DNA of 64,000 bases from Octopus vulgaris (taxonomy: Eukaryota), in contig OX597817.1 of NCBI GenBank assembly GCA_951406725.2, positions 65,348,001-65,412,000 of the forward strand, in the 5' to 3' direction. Positions 13,380 to 26,615 of the stretch are shown here, in pieces (position 1 is the stretch's first letter; each line of letters starts with the position of its first letter). Position numbers and translations under genes: made by a program. A model generated the notes under the pieces. That model made no database searches. It was given only the letters and a program-made list of their open reading frames with translations, and was not told the DNA's origin.

Positions 13380-15060
13380 TTTGAATTAGGTTTTCTTTAT
13401 TCTTTACTAGATAATTTTATAGTTCTGAAGTAGATATTTTCTAATAGTTTTCTAGTTGCGGAAGGTCTCTATGTGTTCATTGTTGAAAAAAAATAATTTT
13501 TGCTTTTGAGTGATGTATTCTAAATAATGTAATTATTTTCTTGTTTCCTCACTTAGTCTTGGTAACTCAATTAGTTTCATATTAAGACTAACTACATCCT
13601 ATTATTAAAACAGCTCTGTTACTGATATTTGTTGCTTTATTGTTGGTATTTAACTGTATTTCATAAATTTAGCGCAATATTAATCTCCGCATCTGTTGCA
13701 TTTCTTCCTAGCGTGTTGTACATTGTGTCGTAGTCTATCTTGTAAATTTATTCTGAAGTCTTTGTAAGTTTATCTTCAGTTTAATTCTCTTATGAGAATG
13801 AAATGTCTTCTCTATCTAATATCATATTGGGAATTTTTTTCGTGAGCTCTCATCTGTTCAAAATAACATTCAAAGATTTTTAAAATAAATTTCTCGCCAA
13901 ATTTCTTTTGAATTGGTGCATCGCATTTATTTATTTTTATTTTTTTAAAATTCTCTGTTGCTTCCAGTTAGCGATTTGAAGAAATTTGCCAGTATGAGTT
14001 AGCTGATTATTGCTACTTCGGAATTTTAATCTTTTGGATTGATTTGGTTTTTTTATCCTCTCCACCCCCTTTTTTTACTGTGAAATCGTCTTCTATTTAT
14101 TCGTGTCTGGTTTGATGAACCACCTTGATAGTGATACTATTTTACTCCTGGCTCATCCAGAATCTTATTCATGGAGAACACTGTCCACTCATACTAAGAT
14201 TAAATACTTCTCTTTTTACTATTTAATCTTCAGTTATTAAGTTGTTGAACATCAGCTGGTCTTTAGATCTTTTTAACCGTCTTCTTTTGTGTCGTAGTCT
14301 ATCTTGTAAATTTATTCCTAAGTCTTTGTAAGTTTATCTTCAGTTTAATTCTCTTATGAGAATGAAATGTCTTCTCTATCTAAGACATTTCTCTATCATA
14401 TCGGGAATTTTTACTCAGGACATACGTATGTTAGGGCTAGAACGTGTACCCTTTATTATACAACTGATATTAACATTTAGTCATTTTTAATCAAGCAGAT
14501 TGTGCATCTGTAGTTTTGGGGGCATTGAAGATGCCTCAGGCGTGGTTTTAACATGCTGAAGAATTCAAATATTCTTTCTTGTTCTATCAGTAGATCAATG
14601 AACAACTTTGCAAGTATTTTGTTGCTACCTTCTGGGTATTTTAGCTATAAGTTTGGCACACTATAATTTTTCTTGGCTGTTATTTTTCTCAGAGTTTTTT
14701 TCTGGTGTTGCTTGTTGCTTTGAATATTCTTGCTTGTGGCGATCCTGTCATTGTTCATACTCTATTCCCCGAATTTTTCTACTTCTCTTTTTAGCGCTTC
14801 ATTAGTTTCTATTCTGTTTCTATCTAGTTAGTCATAAAATCGTTTTCCGTTGAAGACAAAGTTCCTGTAGTTGAAAAACGCACTGCACTTTTCATAAGAA
14901 CAGATTATTTATAATTTAGCGAAGCTCACTTATCACGCAGGTGTGCTTTGACTCCAGGTAGTCATTTTTGCCTGTTATTTGCTTTTGTATTCTTTATTTC
15001 TTCCTTTACTATTCTCTTCTGTGTGTTGCTTTTTCACTGTTTTGCTTGGTTTCAATGATA
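13380..15060 (-). pseudogene. Highly degraded LINE-like sequence containing an internal ~100-bp direct repeat
   Basis: T-rich strand bias typical of an antisense LINE; weak RT-like motif (DYDT) at ~13725-13750; direct repeat 13723-13819 vs 14287-14383. Confidence 0.3.
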
Positions 15061-15209
15061 CTGCATTAGAAAGTTTACACAGATAGACGCCTGCCCTTTA
15101 TGAATACAGTAGATAGCATATACTTTATGCTGGCAACGTTGGCGTTCACAACTCTCCAATATGCTTATGATGACATACTTTAGGTATTATTTGTATCATT
15201 TATTTAGAA

Positions 15210-15420
15210 GGGTGGATTGGCAGAATTGTTAGGGGTGTTGAACGAAATGTTTCACGGTATTTTTCCGGCTCCTTACATTTTGCATTGATATCCTGCAGAA
15301 GTCAAATTTGCTTTTCATTCTGTTGGGGTCGATCCAATAAAATCTCAGTCAAGTACTCATGGCGATTAAATCGATTAACTTCTCTCACAAAGTTTATGGG
15401 TTTATGCTTATATTACGAAA
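15210..15420 (+). mobile_element. SINE family B, old diverged copy
   Basis: tggcagaattgttag...aaatgtttcacggtattt...tttgcttttcattctgttggggtcgat. Confidence 0.7.
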
Positions 15421-16044
15421 TAATTATTTCTATATTTTTATGATTTATTTTATATTTAGTGAAAATAGCAACGTTTGACTGCATTTATGGTTGTAGCTGG
15501 GCAGAACACATTTCATAAATGACATTTTTTATTCGAAAGTACACTTTTTTTTCCAGTTTTCCCGCCGATATATACCATTCTTCGCTGGTATATATCGGCG
15601 AAAAACGTATACATACACATATGCACCATACACACAAACACTCTCTCTCACACATGATAGTTACTGCTCAGGATAATTGGTCAACGAAAGCTATGGTAAA
15701 AAACGCTTCACCGGGAAGTTGCAAAGTAAGATCGAAACCGGGGATATATAGTTACGAAGCGAACTTCTCAACCAGTTAACCATATCTGTAATCTTGAATG
15801 TAGCTGTTTTATCGTGAAGTTCTAGTTTTAATAGGGTTTTTCATTGGGCCACAAGATATAAGATTTATAGAATTTAATTCTTTAAGTTTTCCCACCTTTA
15901 GATTATTATCATATTCAAAATGTCCAACTTTTGATCTTTCGATCTACCTTATATATATCATATTTATATAGCCTTCTAATATTCAGTTGTGTACATATTG
16001 TCAGGCTTCTAATATATATTTACTTATTTATTGTTGTTGTTATG

Positions 16045-16133
<89 letters not shown>

Positions 16134-17800
16134 CTTTCAACTCTTTTGCTCGATATGCTATTAGTATGATGTGGGTATCGTTTCGTTGTTTTATTTGTTA
16201 GTTTTGTCGGTGCTAAGTCTATCTTTTTGATTTATGTCTTCAGTGTGTGTAGTTTTAATAATTTTATGTTCGATTTAGTATTCTTGTTGATTGCTTATTT
16301 CCCATTTATATTTTTATGCCGTCTTTTTTCCCCTTCCAAAGCGTTCTAAGCTTTTTTTAGTTTTCAAGTGTGTCTCTAATGAGAACAACTTTCAGATAAT
16401 CATTTATTGTCTCTCAAGAGAAAAGGCATCTACATTGTAGCAGTTCCATTATGTAGATTGTTTAGATGTAAAACATACATTACATACTTGTCCATAGATG
16501 ACATTTCTGTCTTATTTGCAGGTATTAGGGGCTAAACACCAACCCTTTACAAAAATTTTCAATATTTGTTATTGTATATAGATTTATTCGTTTCTGACAA
16601 CATAGTACTTTCCCTACTTCTTTTTTCGTACTTTTCGTCTAAACTTCAAGCTAAGTATTCTTCTTTAACCTTGGGGCAAGTAATACGATTTTCATTTGTA
16701 TAGTTTGTCATGTTTCGTGCGAAATTTGCGTGGCTGGCACTGATTTGATTTCTTCTCCGCAAACGTGTTTATAGTTGTTGATCAATCGGTATTTAGTACA
16801 AAGTTAGTAATATATAACTTGTATTAAGCTAAGAGCCATAAAATCTAAATAAGAATTTAATGCATTACAGGCGCAAGCATCCTATAACATTTTCGTCTCG
16901 TGTTTCATCGGGCGGAAGGAATATCTTCATAAATCTTCAATCCTTGTTAGCAAAACATTAATGCCAAATCTGCTGCATCATATCAATGTAACAAATTATT
17001 TTTATTATAATCCTAGTTTTATGCGAGCTTCTATACGCCTCCTAGTGCCACACCATGTTCCTGAAATATTTGCTTTAGAGATATAGAACTGCGTTTGTAT
17101 ACTATATCTATTTTGCAATGTTGCGGGGTTTGCTATGTTGTTAGATGTTACATTTGTATGTTGTGCAGAGAGTGTACGTTAAGAGTTGTGTTATTTTGTT
17201 GGCTGGTGATTGTGTATGATTAGCGTTAAGCGTTTTAGTGTACCGTGGTCATTAAGGGGAATATGTACTGTTTGATTGGTGTTATGTATTTCAGTTCTGG
17301 GTGTTGATTATGTAGATTATGCTGTGTGGAGTGTACTGTTTTGTTCCCTGGTGTTTGTGCTTTGTATGTGTTGTACAAATGGTTTGCCAATATTCTTTTA
17401 GGCAATGTTTTTGTCAGAAAGGATCGAAGTACTTATCAGAGTACAGACATTTTTGTACCAGTTCCAGATGATTGTGGCCAAGTTGTTGTCATACACTATG
17501 GTTCATACATGTTTTTTATCACTTATCTGTCTTCACGTCGAAGTTTCAGTAACTTGCCCAGCAGACGCAGCGGCTTACTCAATCCTGTCTGTAAATATAT
17601 TCACATTTAGGGCAGCCAAAATTATAAAGTTAACCGCCTCATTGTACTGGTTGTATGGTCTATACGTGATAATAACATTTCAGTATTTCGTTTTTGCTGT
17701 TCTTTGTGGATAGGTATCAGTCTTCTACAGCTAAAATCAGACATGTTTATGCTTTCAGCCCAGTTCATTTGAACGATTGTTACTTGTCATTCTAATCAGT
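16045..17800 (-). pseudogene. Degraded R4/Dong-type LINE with (TAA)n 3' tail
   Basis: Minus-strand remnants KEYWQTI (~17385-17405), TCPKVKEEYL (~16650-16685) and KVVLI (~16375-16395); ends in a long (TAA)n at 16045-16132. Confidence 0.5.
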
Positions 17801-18024
17801 ACAATTCTAACTTAAAGTTTTGGTACATACAGCAATAGTTTCGTTCAAAATGTCGAACCGATAAATAACTAAATAAATAAATATATAAATACAATTAGCT
17901 CAATAAAAGGAGAAAATAAAGATGGAATCGGAAAAAAAATAGTATTTCTTTCATTTCTAGGCATTTTTCATTGATTTCAAGAAAACATTTCTAAAATTTC
18001 GGTTGCTCTTAGGATTACTGCCTA

Positions 18025-18098
18025 GCTCGTAACGCAACGTTGGAAGCTGCGTAATGAATGTCACGTGACTTTATACGTGATTAACCACGCAGCGGACA
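18025..18098. promoter_or_regulatory. Candidate cis-regulatory cluster: GTCACGTGAC E-box/CLEAR palindrome, TACGTG, TGCGTAAT
   Basis: Motifs at 18060-18069 and nearby, in a short CpG-dense non-repetitive patch; motif match only. Confidence 0.3.
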
Positions 18099-18437
18099 TT
18101 TTGTTTTGGTTGCTTGTTTTTCCTTTGTCTTGAGATTTTTTCTCGTTTTAAACAACAAAAATGTCCTTCTCTTTTGTGTGAAAGTGTATGTGAATGTGTG
18201 TGTGTGTGTGTGTGAGTATGCATGCGTCTGTGTGTATCCTATTTTTGACTGCCTATGTATATTTATGCTCCTTTCATACAGCGCACTACTGAAAATAATT
18301 TCATGCATATCAAGAAATTGAAACAAAACGAGAAAACAAAAACAACGGCAATAACGACAATAGCGGCAGTAAAAATACACATATTCTTTATATCTAATTG
18401 CACCGCATACACACACACCACTGATATGTATATACTT

Positions 18438-18475
<38 letters not shown>

Positions 18476-18552
18476 AAATAAATATATAGTTTATATATAC
18501 ATTTATATATTAATGCGTTTCGCCATCTGTATTCCTCCACATATGCACACAT

Positions 18553-18638
<86 letters not shown>

Positions 18639-19399
18639 GCACACACACACACACATATATATATGTGTATATATTATATATATTTATATATGTATATATT
18701 AGATAGATAGCTAGGTAGATAGATAGATAGATATGCATGTATTGATACAGAGACATATGGATAGATTTATATATAAAGAGAAAGAGAGCGAGAAAGAGAG
18801 AGAGAGAGAAGTGGGAGGATATATAAGTACCATTACACCCACACGGACACAGGCACATATATACCTAAACGTGCATGTATTTGTTGTTAATTAAAGTATT
18901 TCTTTCATGTTCAATTGCTCTGTATGCATTTATATATTTTTAATAAAAAATATTTAATTAGCAATGTAATATTGTCTTTTCTTACACACACACACACACA
19001 CACATATAACTATATATATATATATATACATGTACGCACATATAAACACACACACACACACACACACTCACATATATATATATACATACATACATATACA
19101 TATAGAAGTATACATACATACATACTAACATACATACATACACACATACACATATATTCCATGTCTGATGCAATCAATAACATGATATCACAAAATCGAT
19201 TTTTATCTGAATGAAGACGCTAGTAGTTCACTTCGAAATTTCGCATGTTACAAAACCGATTAAGTACAAAATGGGTTCGATATATCCAACTACAACACTT
19301 GAAGACATTGCTGCCTCATAGTCTCAATCCTATCTCTAAAACCAATGTACGACAATATATGCAAACATACCTCTATACCTATATACTTACGTACACATA

Positions 19400-19470
<71 letters not shown>

Positions 19471-19474
<4 letters not shown>

Positions 19475-19770
19475 AAAGTTAATCCAAACAAGAAGACAAA
19501 AAGACAACAACGCAAGGATGTGGAACAAATAAAGTATTATTGGACGCTCAGGAAAGAAGGGTTTGACGTTTCGAGCGGAGCTCTTCGTCGGAAACATAGG
19601 AGAAGGAAAAATCCCGAGACGGGAGGACAGAGGAAAAAAAATCGCCGGTGGTATTCACGAGGTCACATACTAAAAAGACGGAAGTGGTAAAAAAGGAGGA
19701 AAATGTTTTTAAAAACAAGAGAGCTATATCAAAGAAGGAATGGTAAAAAAGGTGTGCGAGATGACAAGAG
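19471..19770 (-). mobile_element. Penelope-like pseudo-LTR/terminal fragment adjoining (TA)n
   Basis: Carries a minimal hammerhead motif; abuts a long (TA)n; shares downstream ttcctgagcgt...aatac with the element at ~35630-35745. Confidence 0.6.
19561..19595 (-). ncRNA. Minimal type I hammerhead ribozyme-like motif
   Basis: Minus strand GUUU-CCGACGA-A-GAGC-UCC-GCUC-GAAA-CGUC-AAAC: stem I, core (U4C variant), stem II, GAAA, palindromic ACGU in place of stem III, GUC site. Confidence 0.65.
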
Positions 19771-20583
19771 TGTGTGTGTGTACGTGTGCGTATTTTTGTG
19801 TGTATGGCGGGTAACTGTGCTTAACTTAGTGTATGTGTGCGTGTGTGCTTGTACGTGCGTGTGTGTGTATATATACGTATGTATAATTGTGTGCGTGTAT
19901 GTGTGTGTGTGTGTGTGTGTATGTATGGTTGTGTGCCGTATGGGATGTATGTGTGGGTTCATTTGTGTGTGTGTGTGCGTGTGCGTGTGTATGTATGTGC
20001 GTGTAATTGTGTGTGCGTGTATGTGTGCGTTTGTATGTGTGTGTGTGTGTAAGCGTAAATGGATGTATATGCGTGTATCCGTGGGGTTGTGGGTTTTTTT
20101 GCGCGTGTGCGTGCGTATGTGTGCGCATGTTTTGGTGTGCGTATGTATGTGTGTGTGCGCGTGGAGGTATATGTTGTGTGTATGTATATGTGTCGGTGTG
20201 TATGTGAATTAGTGTGTGTTTGTACGTGTGTATGTGTGTGTATTGTATATATATGTAAATGTGTGTGTGTACGTGCGTGGGAGTGAATGTATGTATGTAT
20301 GTATGTGCGTATGTGTACAAATGTAGGGGTTTATATGTGTGTTTATATGTTTATATGTGTGTATATATATGCATGCAAGGACACACTTCGCAACTGAAAG
20401 ATTGATCGAAAAGACTCTTGCGGTGCGGACGCATGCGAATCTACAGGCACACACGCACACGCTCCGACGTACGCCCGAAATAAAGCCAGACCCCAAAGGC
20501 ATGCGTGCATGCATGTATGTATGTGTGCGTGCGCGCGCGCATGCATGTGTGTGTGTGTATGTTTGTTTGTGTGTGTGTATGTT

Positions 20584-20614
<31 letters not shown>

Positions 20615-20960
20615 ATGTATGAATGAAAGTATGAATGTATGTATGTATGTGTGTGTACGTATATGTGTGTGTGAATGTATGCGTGTGTGCGTGGGGTTTC
20701 CTCTGGAGTTGTGTGGGCGTAATGTATGTTGTGTATGTATGCGTGTGTGTATGTATGTATGTATGTATGTGTGAGTGTATGTGGGTATGTCTGTATGTAT
20801 GTATGTCTTGTGTATGTATGTATGTGTGTGTATGTGTGTGTGTGTGTATGTGTGTGTGTATGTATGTATGTGTGTAGGTATGTATGTTTGTGTGTGTACG
20901 TGTGTATGTATGTATGTATGTATGTGTGTATGTGTGTAAGTGTGTGTGCGTGTATATATG
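19770..20960. repeat. Long degenerate (GT)n/(GTAT)n low-complexity tract
   Basis: ~1.2 kb of alternating purine-pyrimidine sequence; source of many spurious ORFs. Confidence 0.93.
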
Positions 20961-21062
20961 ATTCTGTGACCAGCGAAGGTCGGGGAATCTTTAAATATGC
21001 ACTTTCCATGGATTTCTGTGATATCTAAATATTATGGAGAGTTTAGTTTTCGAATTACCCGC

Positions 21063-21100
<38 letters not shown>

Positions 21101-21258
21101 TAATAATATTGCTATACATATACATATATGTGTGTGTGTTTGTGTGTGTGTGTGTATGTGTACATATGTATGTTTATATACATATATATGAATACATGCA
21201 TATGCATACGCATACATGCGTACTTACAAACACGTCTTTTATCTTGCATGTTTTATCA

Positions 21259-21455
21259 TTTACGTGTTCCAGGTCATTGGATTGCGGTCATGCCGGGGCA
21301 TCCTCCTGAATGGTTTAGTCGAACAAATCAATACCTGAAATTATAGTTTTATAGCCTGATACTGATTCTATCGTTCTCTTTTGCCAAACCGTTACTTTAT
21401 AGGGACGTACACAAACCAACCCTGGTTGTCAACCGGTAGTGCAGACAAACACAAA
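21259..21455 (-). mobile_element. SINE family A, 3' half
   Basis: gtcattggattgcggtcatg...tagtcgaacaaatc...ttttgccaaaccg...ggttgtcaa. Confidence 0.8.
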
Positions 21456-21879
21456 TAGAAAGTTACATACATACATACAAGTTATATATGCTTCCGAATA
21501 AATATTCAATCATAAGCGATGCTACATTTATGCCCTAGTATTTAATGTAGATCCGTTTGAACTATTATGTAATTTTGTTTTGCGGGAACAAAGTTCTCCA
21601 GCTAAAGGCTGGAGTTAGTGATGCTTGATATGTTCCGAGAAATATGAAACTAATTATTGTGATCCTCATTCCACGTTGTAGGAAAGATCTGGGGGTCAAC
21701 CATTGCGCCAATTTCCCAGATGGACCAAGTACCTATCGACCGGGCTCCGAATAAATGAGTTAACTTGATATCCTTTATATTACCTTCGATCAACTGCAAA
21801 TAGCAACTAAATCTTTCTCATAGCATACCATATTATTTTATATAAAGACAGGACTCATTAAATAATGTAATTATGTAAA

Positions 21880-22040
21880 TTGCTGTCTTTACGTTCTGAG
21901 TTCAAATTCCGCCGAGGTCGATTTTGCCTTTCATCCTTTTGGGGGTCGATAAATTAAGTACCAGTTGCGTACTGGGGTCGATCTAATTGACTGACCCCCT
22001 CCCCCAAAATTTCGGTCCTTGTGCCTAGAGTAGAAAAGAA
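21880..22040 (+). mobile_element. SINE family B, 5'-truncated, young
   Basis: acgttctgagttcaaattccgccgaggtcga...gtgcctagagtagaaaagaa. Confidence 0.9.
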
Positions 22041-22369
22041 TCATGTAAATTCCTAAAAAGATGAGACGGTCATGGTTGGAATGCCTTTCATCATAGATCA
22101 ATAATAACTTCAACACCGTTAAACGAACCATCGATCGAGTTTTTGTGACACAGGCGGGGAAACTGTTAATATCATTGAAGAAGAATTAAGACTGCACTGG
22201 AGCCTATGGTTATATAAATGTGTGTGTGTGAGTGTGTGTGTGTTTGTGTGTGTGTGTGTGTACGTGTGTACGTGTGTATACCAACATGCGTGTCATAGTC
22301 TCACAATCGCTCCTCCATATCATTTAGCGTAATCAGAATTAGTTATTTGTAACGTTAGAAATTCACTCG

Positions 22370-22800
22370 AAGCTCGCTCATAAATCACTTAAGTGGCTAG
22401 TGATGTCGACCAAAAATGCCAATCACATAACCATTCTTTTAACACTCATGAAGAGATTCACTGAATCTTTTAGCACATTGAAGTTCTTGAGCATGAGTGC
22501 ACTTGCTTAGCCAGAGAGCATTACAACAACGCTACTATAAATCACCGCGTTCCATTTCGATGTCCTTCAGTATTTCTTTAAATTACCTGCTGTTTAACCC
22601 TTTATAATATCTTCATATAAATTGATCCCTTTTGCCAGCAATTTTCTCGTATTGTTTTTTTTAGAAAATGAACGCTTAGATTTTGTTAACACACTTTTAA
22701 ATTCTTGTTGACAGTTCTTCAGCTGTTTCTTGTTCCAAGCAACAGGTTATTCGTGAGATCCTACTACATACAGCACAATGTCCGTAACAATACAGTTTAA
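22370..22800 (-). pseudogene. hAT transposase fossil (SPIN/Charlie/GTF2IRD2-like)
   Basis: Minus strand, with frameshifts: CIVTD...KGLNSR*FKEILKDIEMERGDL...ALWLSK...MLKNFNVLKDSVNLFM...KEWLCD/AFLVDITSHLSDL, matching the hAT motifs TTDG, LNHRQF, RWLS and WLxDLAFLVDI. Confidence 0.75.
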
Positions 22801-23399
22801 GTTTTTCAAACGGTAAATCTAAATGACTATTTATCATTTGAACTCACTAAAAATGATCTTCACTTCCGGAAGTCCTCATGCATCGATTTTATACCGAATA
22901 AATCTTTGGTTTGAAAAATATGTCCTCTTCCAAGTACAAGTAAAGAAAACTGTACTCTACTATATTTGTTGTCGAACCCACTGTCGTCCAATAAAGCACA
23001 ATGCCCGACCTTATTGTTTCAGAGAAATCGTTAACCCCTTCTTTATTCGATCAAAAAGTGCCTTTCATGATAAATTAATATTCTTAAAAGAATTTGACTT
23101 CTACTGTAGTTAAAATTTGCTTAGAAGTAATTTTATATTCTTTATGAAATTTGCCTTCGATCTGTATGGTTTCACTTTCTTTGCAATTGGCTCACACACT
23201 TCATAACTTGCTTAGAATATGAATTAATATGGTGTTCGAAAACAGATTGCTCTTTTGCATAAAAATTCTTAAGAATAAAAATGCTTGCTTGTCGAAACGC
23301 ATAGTCTTTTTTTCGTATTAATGCTCGTCAAATAAGGACGTCTAAGATCACAGTTCTTAAAAACTACTACCAAAACATTAGAAATAACGTATACAAACG

Positions 23400-23461
<62 letters not shown>

Positions 23462-24333
23462 ATGAGGTTTTCATTTACGTCTAATCGGAGAAAGTACTAT
23501 TGGTGGAAAATCTTTTTTTATTAATATTAGCAACTGCGATGCAAATGAAAATATTGATTTAAAAGCTTTAATAAAATTAGGCAAATGAACTACTAAATGC
23601 TGTATTCTGATTGCCTGTAATAATGTTGTGACTATTTGATATTCAATTTGCACTTATTTCGACGCGTGATTAACGTTACAAGACAAATATTACAGTTAAA
23701 AGACTGTTGCTTATGCCTTACGGGTTGTTGAAGGCAACATGCATTAAATTACTATCTTGGTTTTAAAACTTTAACAATCTTCCTTAATATGGTGTTTTAA
23801 AGAACTTTGAAGGGGTTCCTTACAAGATCACTTGACCTTTAGCTATAACAGCCAGTTCTCCGTCGAATCATGCCCTTCCACCGTTCAAAAGGAAGGACTC
23901 ATTAACTAATGTATGTATAACACATACATACATACATACATACATACATACATACATACTAACATACATACGTAAGTACGTACATGCATATATGCATGCA
24001 TATATATATATGTGTGTTTGTGTGTGTATAGTATTCGTACGTTGCTTTATGTGCAACAAATGAGATAAGAGTCCTCAATATAGGTCGTAGAGCGTATGTT
24101 TTTTTTTGAAACTGAAGATTTTTCTCACAACTTGAGTTGATACATACACATACACAGACAAATACACACACATGTATGTGTATGTATTTGTGTGTATGTA
24201 TATCGACATCGGCATGTAAATACACATTCACACAAACATACATATGTGTATATCTATGTGAATAAGTATGTTAGTGTGTATGCAAATGGAGAAAAAAGAT
24301 ATATATATATATAAATATATATATATATGTATG

Positions 24334-24380
<47 letters not shown>

Positions 24381-24456
24381 GTATACATGTGTATATGCAT
24401 AAAGGGATACCTATACACACATGCGTGCGCGCGCACACACACATATGCTTCACTCA

Positions 24457-25261
24457 TCTCTCTATATATAAACGGCAGTTTGTCTGACGGTGTGTCTGTG
24501 TGTCTGTCAGGTTGTACCCTCACCCTGACCACGGCTTTCAACCGATTCTGATGAAACTTGACACACACATAGCCCCATGTCATAATTCAAAACTAACGCA
24601 GCGAAAATTTTGAAAAGTTCTCCCAGTTCTGAAAAAAAATCGATAAATTCGACATGGGTCGAGAATCTAACTTTTATATGCAACACATTTTCTACAGACT
24701 ATCTAGGGGACGCAACTCGACCTTTTTAACTCTCGGAACACGTGAGGTAAGTATCCCAAAATGTATAAAAATGTACAAAAACGGCAAAAAAGCGGGCAGC
24801 AATGTGAGTGACAACAACGAAAAAGTCAAAAGTGACCAAACTGAACAAACGAATGGAAAAGGTTTTTTGATGCACACGACAAAAGCGGTTTATAATAAAC
24901 CAAGAGTTTGCAAGTAGCGTCCGAGGACCCTTAGGGTACGTCAAAAATTTAAGGTAAAACGTTTGGGGTGGTAGTTATAAAGAAAGTGTAAACAAAAAAA
25001 GTATTCGAATAACTTGCGGCTGCAGCAGCTATTAGCAGAAGTGGCGGTGTTGAGGGTAAAGTCTCGAATGTAATTTCTTCCTGGTAGGAATTGGTTGGGT
25101 TGAATTATCGATAGCTGTTTGATAGTTATTTGGGAGCGAAGAGAAGACATTGCAACCTACACATGCGCCTTCGTTCCCTAGAGGGAAAGGACTAGATTGA
25201 GATTAGTCGTTGCCTACTAGGGGCTCTTACATACCCGGGCAACGCCGGGCTATGCTGCTAG
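24457..25261 (+). mobile_element. Non-autonomous Helitron (805 bp)
   Basis: 5' A|TCTCTCTATATATAAA; 3' GC hairpin cccgg-gcaacg-ccggg (25234-25249), then CTAG|T (25258-25261); inserted in AT without a TSD. Confidence 0.88.
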
Positions 25262-26107
25262 TATACGTATAAACGGAAAAGTCAAGGTCATTTCAGTACC
25301 ATTAATAATCTTTAGTATTATTACCATGGTTACCAACATAAAATACTCGCTCGCGATGAAGCAGTGTGACCTTTAGATGTCGAAGTCATCTGGTCTGAGG
25401 GATCTACTGTCTACCAATTTGCTTCTGATGCGTTTTGGTTATTAATCTTTGATGTCATTGCTATCACGTGTAACAACAGCAACAGCGCAACAACAACAAC
25501 AAAAACAAGGGTTACAACTACAACAACAGCACCAGCAACAACTTGAGTACCAACACAAAAAAATAATAGCAAGAACAACAATAACAATTACAAAGCGAAA
25601 AATTACATCGACGAGGAATTGAAAAACAACATTAGCAACAATAGCAACACTAAAACAATAAGTACGGCAACTGCAACGCTAACAATACCCACGACAACAA
25701 AAGTTGCAACAATAGCAACAATAACAGATTCATGGCATTAACAATATCAGAAACAATAGTAACAGCAGCAACGACAACATTAGCAACAGCATTTAACAGC
25801 AACAGCATCTACATTGTAATAGTAACTGCAACAGGAGCAGCAACAGCAACAATAACGACAACGCTAGCTTCTGCAATAAGTTCAACAACAACAACAACAG
25901 CATCAAAAACAAGCGAATGAGGGAGCCTCTACGTCACCACTCAAATTGTTTGAAATAGCAGCCATATCTCTCGTTATCACACCCTACCCTCTTAGTTGAA
26001 AAAATAACAATGTTTATATTATCAGACAAAAAAAATATATATATAGGAAGATAGATATATAGGAAGATAGATATATACTGTATATGTATATATATATATA
26101 TACTGTA

Positions 26108-26138
<31 letters not shown>

Positions 26139-26147
26139 GCATATATA

Positions 26148-26337
26148 TTCTTTTACTTGTTTCAGTCATTTGACTGCGGCCATGCTGAAGCACCACGTTT
26201 AGTCGAACAAATCGACCCCAGGACTTATTCATTGTACGCCTAGTACTTATTCTGTCGGTCCTTTTTGCTGAACCGCTAAGTTACGGGGACGTAAACACTC
26301 CAATATCGGTTGTCAAGCGATATATACACACACACAA

Positions 26338-26382
<45 letters not shown>

Positions 26383-26532
26383 ACACATACACACATATAT
26401 ATACGACGAGCTTCTTTCAGTTTCCGTTTTCCAAATCCACTCACAAAGCTTTGGTCGACCCGAGGCTATAGCAGAAGATCTCGCCTAAGGTGACACGCAG
26501 TGGAACTGATACCGGAACAATGTGGTTGGGAC
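26148..26532 (-). mobile_element. SINE family A
   Basis: Both halves and the internal (CA)n are present; 5' head slightly truncated. Confidence 0.92.
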
Positions 26533-26615
26533 ATAAGATTAATATAAGAATAAAGCCTAAGACGCCCCATCCTCGTGTTACATTATTCTTATATTTTCAA
26601 TGTGTATATGCATAT

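Noticed and set aside
19703-21028. Cys/Val- and His/Thr-rich ORFs up to 266 aa
   Set aside because: Stop-free by virtue of GT/GTAT repeats; the same holds for the many YIYI/HTHT ORFs across the window
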